Shown one piece after another: positions 58,046 to 64,000 of a stretch of 64,000 nucleotides of DNA (positions are counted from its first letter, which is position 1; every line of letters starts with the position of its first letter). The notes under the pieces were generated by a model. It was not told the DNA's origin. It saw nothing but the letters and a program-made list of their open reading frames with translations, and did no database searches. This stretch comes from an uncultured Mollicutes bacterium (GTDB lineage Bacteria; Bacillota_I; Bacilli_A; RFN20; CAG-826). Position numbers and translations under genes: made by a program. The stretch is taken from positions 50,520 through 114,519 of the forward strand of contig CAMESG010000004.1 in NCBI GenBank assembly GCA_945936135.1, written 5' to 3'.

Positions 58046-59800
58046 TCAGGATTTCATGTCGTGGATTTTGCGAATGGATTTGCTTGTCGGCGGATTGAGC
58101 ATGGGGTCGTAGGGGGCGAAGGCGTCGCTGGAGATGAGCGAGAGGCCGCTGCGGACGATGATCTCAATCGCATCCCATCCTTCGATGTCGCTTGCGATGA
58201 TCGGGCGGCGGTACTTCAATAGCTTTTCGACCAAGCTATGGAGCTTCGAACGGATCTTCGCGTCCATGCTCGTGGCGCTGCCGGCAAAGCCGAAGCCGCA
58301 AACGAAGAAATCATAAGCGCTATAGAGGTTGCTAGGAAGAGACAATTCCGCATTTTTAAGGAAAATCGCGACTTGATACCCTTTCGCCCGGATTTCACGC
58401 ATCATTTCCATCACGCCATCCGGGTTATTCGGATCGAAATGGGCGCGGATGTCGTCCTCATCGAAGAGGAAGACCGCGTTCGTCTTCGCGGCGTCTTTAT
58501 ACCGAGAGAAAGACGGGAGCAAGAAGCTGCGATCCTTGACGTGGACGCGAAGGAAGAGCCTCGCATCGTGAACGCGCAGCTCGCTTAGGTAGGTTGGGAC
58601 GGTGTTGCGAAGGATCATCGATAACAAGGCGCGGTCTTCGCCCGTCTTGTTCGCGTAGTCGTAAAGATCATTCATCGAATCGAAATAGGTGTTGATCGGG
58701 GTGGCGGTAGAGAGATAGCCGAAGATCTTCTCCTTCCTCACGTCGTAGACGGGGCGGAACTTCACGGAGACCTTGTTCTCGTGGATGATGCGTTCGACTT
58801 CCGTGCGGTAGGAAGAAGGATCGTCAAAGAGCGTGAAATTCTCGTTTCCCTTCTCGTAAACCGTGACCTTGGTCGGCTCGGCGAAAGCGTATTGGGAGGC
58901 CTTCTTTCCGTTTTCTAGGATGGCCGCGGCATCACGACCGAAGAGGCGATGCTCGATGGCCAGGACGCGGAAATCGATGCTCGATACATAGCCATTTAGG
59001 GAAAGATAACGGGATATTGCGCTGCCAATGGCTTTCGCGAGACGCAAACCTTCGGGTTTTGGATTGAGGTGGAAATCCGCGATCATCATCGTATTCTCGT
59101 CAAGCCGGAGCAATTGACGACGATTGATCACGTGGGGGAACAAGGCGTTCTTCACCTGGTTCATGATCAAAGGCGACATCGCTTCGTCCTTTCGCTGGAT
59201 GCTTCGATAGGTAAGGCGAACGATGATCGAAATGCCCTTTCGTTTCGAAGCTTGGGCAAGGCCTTCCTGGAATTGTTTCGCGGAAGAAAAGCCGTGGGCT
59301 TCGATGCCGTTTTTGCTCTTCTCGACCAAACTCTTCAACAAGTAGGATTGTAGATGGATGATCCCGGAAGTCTTATCGACCGCGTCGACTTCCAACATCG
59401 AGAAATAGGTGTGTTTCCCTTTTTCCACGCGGGTATCGATCTCGAAGAAATCGGGCACGTCTTCTTTCTCGGGATCGACCAAATCGTTGATCCAAGCGAT
59501 CACCGATTGTTGATCCTCGCCGACGAAACGCCCAAAGAAATCGGTCAAAGGGAGCAAAGAAGAGATGTCGGAAGGCGACATCACGTTGAAATAGCGGACC
59601 GTTTGATGAACCGTGTCCAAGACATAGATCCGGCTCGAATTCATCGCGTTCTGGAGTTCTTCGTTGAATTTCTTGTGCTTGGATTGCGAAACAAGCAAGG
59701 CGATAAACACCATGAGGATGAACGCCAATAGCAAGAACAAGGAAACGATGATCGGCCAATGGCGGAGAAAGAGATCGAGAATATCGGTTAGCAAAACCAT
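58046..59800 (-). CDS. membrane-anchored protein with a degenerate EAL-like (c-di-GMP phosphodiesterase-like) C-terminal domain
   Basis: Start reassigned to ATG 59800, since the longer ORF runs antisense through the tRNA and gives the GFEPW artefact; N-terminal TM helix; C-terminal similarity to the EAL fold (FRPVYDVRKEKIFGYL...CGFGFAGSATS...IASDIEG) but no intact EAL motif. Confidence 0.45.
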   Translation of the reverse strand: MVLLTDILDLFLRHWPIIVSLFLLLAFILMVFIALLVSQSKHKKFNEELQNAMNSSRIYVLDTVHQTVRYFNVMSPSDISSLLPLTDFFGRFVGEDQQSVIAWINDLVDPEKEDVPDFFEIDTRVEKGKHTYFSMLEVDAVDKTSGIIHLQSYLLKSLVEKSKNGIEAHGFSSAKQFQEGLAQASKRKGISIIVRLTYRSIQRKDEAMSPLIMNQVKNALFPHVINRRQLLRLDENTMMIADFHLNPKPEGLRLAKAIGSAISRYLSLNGYVSSIDFRVLAIEHRLFGRDAAAILENGKKASQYAFAEPTKVTVYEKGNENFTLFDDPSSYRTEVERIIHENKVSVKFRPVYDVRKEKIFGYLSTATPINTYFDSMNDLYDYANKTGEDRALLSMILRNTVPTYLSELRVHDARLFLRVHVKDRSFLLPSFSRYKDAAKTNAVFLFDEDDIRAHFDPNNPDGVMEMMREIRAKGYQVAIFLKNAELSLPSNLYSAYDFFVCGFGFAGSATSMDAKIRSKLHSLVEKLLKYRRPIIASDIEGWDAIEIIVRSGLSLISSDAFAPYDPMLNPPTSKSIRKIHDMKS

Positions 59801-59881
59801 GGGAATACAATACCACAAAGCGGGCGCTTGGACATAAGGCAAGTGCGCCTGCGCCTGTAGGCTCTCGCGAAAAGTTGCCCC

Positions 59882-59910
59882 TTGTGCCACCTTCTTGAGA
59901 ATGCTATTAT
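59882..59910 (+). promoter_or_regulatory. putative promoter of tRNA-Ser(CGA): -35 TTGTGC, 17 nt spacer, extended -10 TGcTATTAT
   Basis: Hexamers read directly, 13 nt before the tRNA 5' end. Confidence 0.4.
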
Positions 59911-59923
59911 TGCCACCGGACTT

Positions 59924-60015
59924 GGAGAAATACCCAAGTGGTCGAAGGGGGCGGTTTCGAAAACCGTTAGTGGGGTCATGCTCCAGCCAGGGTTCGAATC
60001 CCTGTTTCTCCGCCA
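59924..60015 (+). tRNA. tRNA-Ser (anticodon CGA)
   Basis: 92 nt; acceptor stem GGAGAAA/TTTCTCC; anticodon loop TTCGAAA; long variable arm; T-arm GGTTCGAATCC; encoded CCA. Confidence 0.9.
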
Positions 60016-60026
60016 ATCGTGTCCAT

Positions 60027-60057
60027 CCCCGAATCGCATGGTTCGGGGTTTTCTTTT
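60027..60057 (+). terminator. rho-independent terminator after the tRNA
   Basis: Hairpin CCCCGAA-tcgcatgg-TTCGGGG followed by TTTTCTTTT. Confidence 0.6.
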
Positions 60058-60604
60058 ACTTCAGCAAGTACGCGATCAAGAAGGCGATCGCGGCGCCGAC
60101 AATGACCGAGCCGATCCCAACCCAGATCCTTGCTTTCTTCGGAAGGCTGTGCTTTTGTTCTTCGATCTTCTCTTCCTTTTCGACCATCAAGGCGTTGTAG
60201 ATCGAGACCAAGGAGTTCAAAAGATAATTGAAGGCTTCGATCGTTCGCGGGTAAACGGCAGCGCAATCCTTCAGATGGTTCCCGGCGTCCAAGAAAGATA
60301 CGTGCAAGCGTTCGAAGAAGGTGCCATAAAACTCGCTCCGCTTCGTTAGATCCTTGATGGTCGGCAAAGAAAAGATCACCCTCTCGACCTTGTCTTCGAC
60401 TTTCTTTAACCAGCCCGCGGCTTCTTCGTCTAAGGCCTCGGTTGCCTTAAAAGGCTTTTCTTGCTTTGCTTCGTGGGCGAGCTCCGCGGACAAGCTGCGC
60501 ACCGCCCAAATAAGAGGTTGAAGCTTATCTTCTTCCACCCCATCGAATTGCTCAATGGCTTCTCTTAAAGCCACAATCGTCGAACGTTCTTGTTCTTCAT
60601 TCAT
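60056..60604 (-). CDS. hypothetical tail-anchored membrane protein
   Basis: 182 aa; soluble helical N-terminus; single C-terminal TM helix. Confidence 0.45.
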   Translation of the reverse strand: MNEEQERSTIVALREAIEQFDGVEEDKLQPLIWAVRSLSAELAHEAKQEKPFKATEALDEEAAGWLKKVEDKVERVIFSLPTIKDLTKRSEFYGTFFERLHVSFLDAGNHLKDCAAVYPRTIEAFNYLLNSLVSIYNALMVEKEEKIEEQKHSLPKKARIWVGIGSVIVGAAIAFLIAYLLK

Positions 60605-60669
60605 GGGGATATTTTACACCTTGAACCGCGTTCGTTTACAAAAAAGCGTGACAAAGCGATAATTAACCC

Positions 60670-61038
60670 ATGAAAGAAACGACGTTCTCCGCCTTTCAAT
60701 CCCTCATCGAAGTCCTGGACTCCGATCCTAGGATCTTGAATCTCAAGGCCATCGAAGAAGAGATGGAACACAGTGATGTCTTAGCTTCTCTGTCGTTAAT
60801 AGCGAAGCAAAAGGCAAAAGAATACGAGGTCGAACTGGAAAAGGACGCAGATTCAGATGAAACGAAAACGGCGCAAAAAGCCCTCTATTGTGCAAAAAGA
60901 GCATTGGATCAGCACCCTTTGACGCGGAAATACATGGAAGCGTACGCGCCCATTCGCCTTCTTTACGCCCAAATCGATGAAGCAATCTTTCATGCCTTTC
61001 GGAACACCCCTCCTTGCAAGGAGAAACCAAAATGCTAA
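60670..61038 (+). CDS. YlbF/YmcA-family (UPF0342-like) small regulatory protein
   Basis: 122 aa helical protein directly upstream of rsmD-coaD, as in the Bacillus ylbF-ylbG-ylbH-ylbI arrangement; weak sequence similarity only. Confidence 0.45.
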   Translation: MKETTFSAFQSLIEVLDSDPRILNLKAIEEEMEHSDVLASLSLIAKQKAKEYEVELEKDADSDETKTAQKALYCAKRALDQHPLTRKYMEAYAPIRLLYAQIDEAIFHAFRNTPPCKEKPKC

Positions 61039-61562
61039 GAGTCATCGCAGGCACCTATCGTTCGAGGAAACTTGAAGTCCCGGAAGAATACACCATCCCA
61101 ACCAAAGATCGCGTGCGTGAAGCCTTGTTCTCTTCTTTGGGAGACAAAGTCCATGGTGCTAGAGTCCTAGACGCCTTCGCAGGGTCGGGCGCTTTAGGCA
61201 TTGAAGCGTTAAGCCGCGGCGCAGCCTTCTGCTTATTCTCCGACATCCACACCGCTTCAATCGTTCAAAAGAACCTTGATACCCTAAACGAGACCAAGGC
61301 CAAAGTCGAATCAAGGGACATCCTCGAAGTATTGAAAACGGAAACGCAACCCTTCGATCTCATCTTCCTCGATCCGCCTTACGCCGAGAAAGAGATCTAT
61401 CAAAGGGTGATTGATCTCTTAAAGGCAAACAATCTCCTAAACGAAGGCTATCGCATCGTCTTGGAATACGAAGGGGATTATCCCATCGACCCTTCGTCAT
61501 ACGCGTATGCGCGCGAAAAGAAATATGGATACAGCAAGATCCTCGTGATCGGAAAGGAATAG
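61014..61562 (+). CDS. rsmD: 16S rRNA (guanine966-N2)-methyltransferase RsmD
   Basis: SAM-binding LDAFAGSGALGIEALSRGA; DPPY motif. Confidence 0.85.
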   Translation: MQGETKMLRVIAGTYRSRKLEVPEEYTIPTKDRVREALFSSLGDKVHGARVLDAFAGSGALGIEALSRGAAFCLFSDIHTASIVQKNLDTLNETKAKVESRDILEVLKTETQPFDLIFLDPPYAEKEIYQRVIDLLKANNLLNEGYRIVLEYEGDYPIDPSSYAYAREKKYGYSKILVIGKE

Positions 61563-61565
61563 TCT

Positions 61566-62045
61566 ATGAAGATCGGCGTTTACCCTGGATCCTTTGATCC
61601 CTTGACCAATGGACATATGGACATCCTTAAACGGAGTCTAGAAGTCTTTGACAAGGTCGTGCTCCTTCTTGCCGTCAATCCGAGCAAAGCGAGCGTCTTT
61701 TCCGTCGAACAACGTTTAGCGATGATGAAGGAAGCCGTCAAGGATTATCCTTCGGTCTCCGTAGACTACACGCCCGGCTTGACCGTCGATTATTGCCGAA
61801 AGATCGGCTCGAAGCACATTATTCGCGGTCTTCGTGCCGTCACCGACTTCGAATACGAATTCCAGCTTGCCGCGGCGAACAAGTTCGTTGGCGAAGACAT
61901 CGATATGGTCTTCTTCATGGCGAGCTCTTCCACGACCTTCATCTCCTCTTCGACGATCAACGAGATGGTCGCGTCGAATGTCGACGTCTCTCCCCTTGTC
62001 CCTCCTTCGGTCATCAAGGCCTACGAAGCGAAGAAAAGAAAATGA
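61566..62045 (+). CDS. coaD: phosphopantetheine adenylyltransferase
   Basis: GVYPGSFDPLTNGHMDI nucleotidyltransferase motif; 159 aa. Confidence 0.9.
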   Translation: MKIGVYPGSFDPLTNGHMDILKRSLEVFDKVVLLLAVNPSKASVFSVEQRLAMMKEAVKDYPSVSVDYTPGLTVDYCRKIGSKHIIRGLRAVTDFEYEFQLAAANKFVGEDIDMVFFMASSSTTFISSSTINEMVASNVDVSPLVPPSVIKAYEAKKRK

Positions 62046-62086
62046 CGCCTCCGCCTGGAAGCGTCATTGCCTAACCATCGATTCGC

Positions 62087-62647
62087 TCAACGAAGGATGC
62101 CTTCGATGATGTTCTTTTCCTTATCTCCGCGAAGGGCGCTATAAAGAAGGGTTGGGTTTTCAAAAGTGTCGTAATCGCTAATAAAGATGTTCTCGGGCTT
62201 CACGCCAAGGCGACGAAGGTAAAACACCGTAACCATCTGAGGGTCGATAAACTTCACCCCAGAGGTGCCTTTGCACGCCAAGCGGAGCCCATCCTTATAC
62301 GCTTTCTCGACCACCTCTTCCGAGACAGGGCAATGGGAGAAGGTAAGGGAAGGCCCTAAAACCGCTTCCACCTTTGAAGGATCGATCCCATCTTGTTCAA
62401 AGGCCATCTTGATGCGTGCGAAGACTTCGCCTTCAAGCGCTTCTTCTTTGGAGAAGGAAACGCCATAGAGCCAGCTTCCCTCCACCCCAAGGAACAAAGG
62501 GATTTCATCCGCGACGGAAAGGCGGATGGATTCGCCAAGGGTACGGACAACGCCGATCGAAGAGACTTGGACGAAGGGAAGGTTTGAATTCCTCCCGAAG
62601 GTTTTGACTTCCAACGCGGAAGGAGAGAGAAGATCCATAGGGTTCAT
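62087..62647 (-). CDS. PgeF/YfiH (DUF152, laccase-domain) family protein, short and possibly N-terminally truncated or divergent
   Basis: C-terminal matches to family motifs (GPSLTFSHCPVSEEV; CTFENPTLLYSALRGD); no recognisable HAGWRG; only 186 aa. Confidence 0.45.
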   Translation of the reverse strand: MNPMDLLSPSALEVKTFGRNSNLPFVQVSSIGVVRTLGESIRLSVADEIPLFLGVEGSWLYGVSFSKEEALEGEVFARIKMAFEQDGIDPSKVEAVLGPSLTFSHCPVSEEVVEKAYKDGLRLACKGTSGVKFIDPQMVTVFYLRRLGVKPENIFISDYDTFENPTLLYSALRGDKEKNIIEGILR

Positions 62648-62700
62648 AATAAAGAGGCCTTTCGATAAAGAAATGCCCGACCGGCGTCGGGCAAGGGATT

Positions 62701-63636
62701 TTACTTATTGTAGTAAGAGGAGAACGGGTTCGACACGCTGCTGTTGTCGTAGTTCCACATGTTCATCAACAGCTCGGCTTTTTCGTAGTTGTTCTCGCCA
62801 CTGATGGTGAAGAGGGCTTCGATCAAGCCGAACCGTCCAGAATCCCAAGCGGACCTCGAGAAGTCAACAAGGAAGATGGTCGGGGTGGCCCAGGTTCCGG
62901 CGTCCGGTGTGGTGATGTTGTCGTAGCTGCTATCGGCGATGCCCGCATTCATTTTATAGGCGGTATCGTCTTGGAGCGAGGTGCCGACATACGAGAAGAA
63001 GTCCGCGCCGCCATTGCCGCCATTCCATTTTTGGAGGTAGCGGGAGAAGGCTTTCTTGTCCTCTTCCAAATCGTAATCGTCATCGTTCGTCGAGGTGTCG
63101 TCGGTGAAAATCGCATGGAGACGGAATTCTTCGCCGGCGTGGTATGGGAGATAGGTGCCGGTGCCCCAGACGCCCTCCAAGGTTTCGAAGGCTTCGGCGG
63201 CGGTCGAGACGGCGGAGGAATCGCGATCGACGTAAGCGAGGTAGTACTTCTCGCCGTAGGTCGAGATCACATGCTTTTCTTCAAGCGCGGCGCGATAGGC
63301 ATCATAGCTCGCGAATTCGTCTTTCGCGACGAATTGGTAGGAATATTCGTAGAGCGTGCGGGTCAATTCATCGGCTTTGGAATCGCGGATGTTGCCTTCG
63401 TTATCCTGAACGGCGTCTTCTCCTTCAAGCGAGAGTTTGTAGGAATTGAAATAGCCTTTCGAGCTATCGGATCCCATAGCGCTGAACCAGGTCGAGAACT
63501 TCGGGATCGAGAAGATGATGGCGAAGATGCCACCGACGATCAACAAAGGTTGCACCCAAGCGGTTTCGCGGATCCATCTCCAGAAACGGGAGAAGGCATT
63601 GCTAATGGATTTTAGAATGTACATATAAGCCTCCAA
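62701..63636 (-). CDS. hypothetical membrane-anchored extracytoplasmic protein
   Basis: 311 aa; N-terminal TM helix then a D/Y/W-rich domain. Confidence 0.45.
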   Translation of the reverse strand: MEAYMYILKSISNAFSRFWRWIRETAWVQPLLIVGGIFAIIFSIPKFSTWFSAMGSDSSKGYFNSYKLSLEGEDAVQDNEGNIRDSKADELTRTLYEYSYQFVAKDEFASYDAYRAALEEKHVISTYGEKYYLAYVDRDSSAVSTAAEAFETLEGVWGTGTYLPYHAGEEFRLHAIFTDDTSTNDDDYDLEEDKKAFSRYLQKWNGGNGGADFFSYVGTSLQDDTAYKMNAGIADSSYDNITTPDAGTWATPTIFLVDFSRSAWDSGRFGLIEALFTISGENNYEKAELLMNMWNYDNSSVSNPFSSYYNK

Positions 63637-63653
63637 AAAGGACGTGTCTGCGT

Positions 63654-63998
63654 TTACAGCGGGTTAATCATAGCACTATGAAAAACCTCGGGCAATGCCT
63701 TCTTACTATGTAAGAGGGCTCTCGAGCAGGGTTTTCTTTCCCTGCTTTTAGATTTCAAAGATGGAAAAGCCAAAAACCTTCGATGCATTCGAAGAAATAT
63801 TAGGTCCGAAACGAAAGAGAACATTGCCCCTTCAGCCCATTGGGAATCGAGCTCATACAATTGATCGAGCGTGACGCTTTCAACGTTTTCGTTTCCCTCG
63901 TAATGCATTCCGCTTCTCGTGACGAAAACGTATTTATAGCAGGCAAAGCCCGTTTTCTTCACTTGTTCGATCTCTTCTTCGACCTCGCGATTCGACAA
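63654..63998 (-). CDS. ORF at the window edge, possibly partial; the C-terminal half has non-protein-like composition
   Basis: Open frame only; overlaps a strong plus-strand hairpin plus T-run (about 63727-63760). Confidence 0.2.
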   Translation of the reverse strand: MSNREVEEEIEQVKKTGFACYKYVFVTRSGMHYEGNENVESVTLDQLYELDSQWAEGAMFSFVSDLIFLRMHRRFLAFPSLKSKSRERKPCSRALLHSKKALPEVFHSAMINPL

Positions 63999-64000
63999 CG

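Noticed and set aside
59801-60016. N-terminal 72 codons of the long ORF 58046-60016 (MAEKQGFEPWLEH...)
   Set aside because: It runs antisense through tRNA-Ser(CGA). The GFEPW peptide is the known tRNA-antisense artefact. The start was moved to ATG 59800.
1-64000. CRISPR arrays, rRNA, IS elements and transposases
   Set aside because: There are no regularly spaced direct repeats, no rRNA-like segments, and no transposase- or integrase-like ORFs. The only tandem or low-complexity repeats are coding (the Ser/Glu-rich linkers at about 4260-4440 and 44150-44230, and the KE-rich core at about 21200-21900).

Overview
This 64 kb window is a chromosomal segment of about 50% GC from an anaerobic, fermentative bacterium. 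It contains roughly 60 protein genes, two tRNA-Ser genes, and no rRNA or CRISPR array. The lineage is uncertain. Firmicutes- or Mollicutes-like markers are the ylbF-rsmD-coaD and ylmH synteny, CIRCE-controlled clpB, a 708-aa ClpB lacking the N-domain, a cre-like box and abundant lipoproteins. Spirochaete-like markers are archaeal-type ProRS and BspA-type LRR repeats.

Recognisable content:
- Housekeeping: oligoendopeptidase F, aminopeptidase C (frameshifted), Hsp33, RuvX, PlsX, ProS, RsmD, CoaD.
- Export: a heterodimeric ABC exporter pair.
- Redox and fermentation: an adhE gene fused head-to-tail with a four-gene sensory-[FeFe]-hydrogenase/PP2C-phosphatase module (hfsABCD-like).
- Carbohydrate use: a 12-14 kb minus-strand locus of paralogous surface lipoproteins, a beta-helix lipoprotein, a CUT1-type ABC importer, nucleoside hydrolase, GH4 glycosidase, AraC regulator and ribokinase.

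Candidates for undescribed biology:
- A low-GC islet next to tRNA-Ser(GCU), at about 37.8-40.6 kb. It carries an LRR gene remnant, an AT-rich spacer, an HTH/ankyrin-like protein of unknown function and a small HNH nuclease.
- An orphan Vsr endonuclease-NUDIX (MutT-like) fusion gene, beside a low-GC insert that carries an AlbA_2-like regulator.
- A surface-anchored SGNH hydrolase gene whose three frameshifts all lie in G/C homopolymers, including G7 and G6 tracts. This is either phase variation or decay.

Everything here was read by eye. Motifs are quoted from the translations. Coordinates I derived by hand (tRNAs, operators, terminators) may be off by 1-2 nt. One cross-check of my manual indexing against the ORF table was off by 1 nt.
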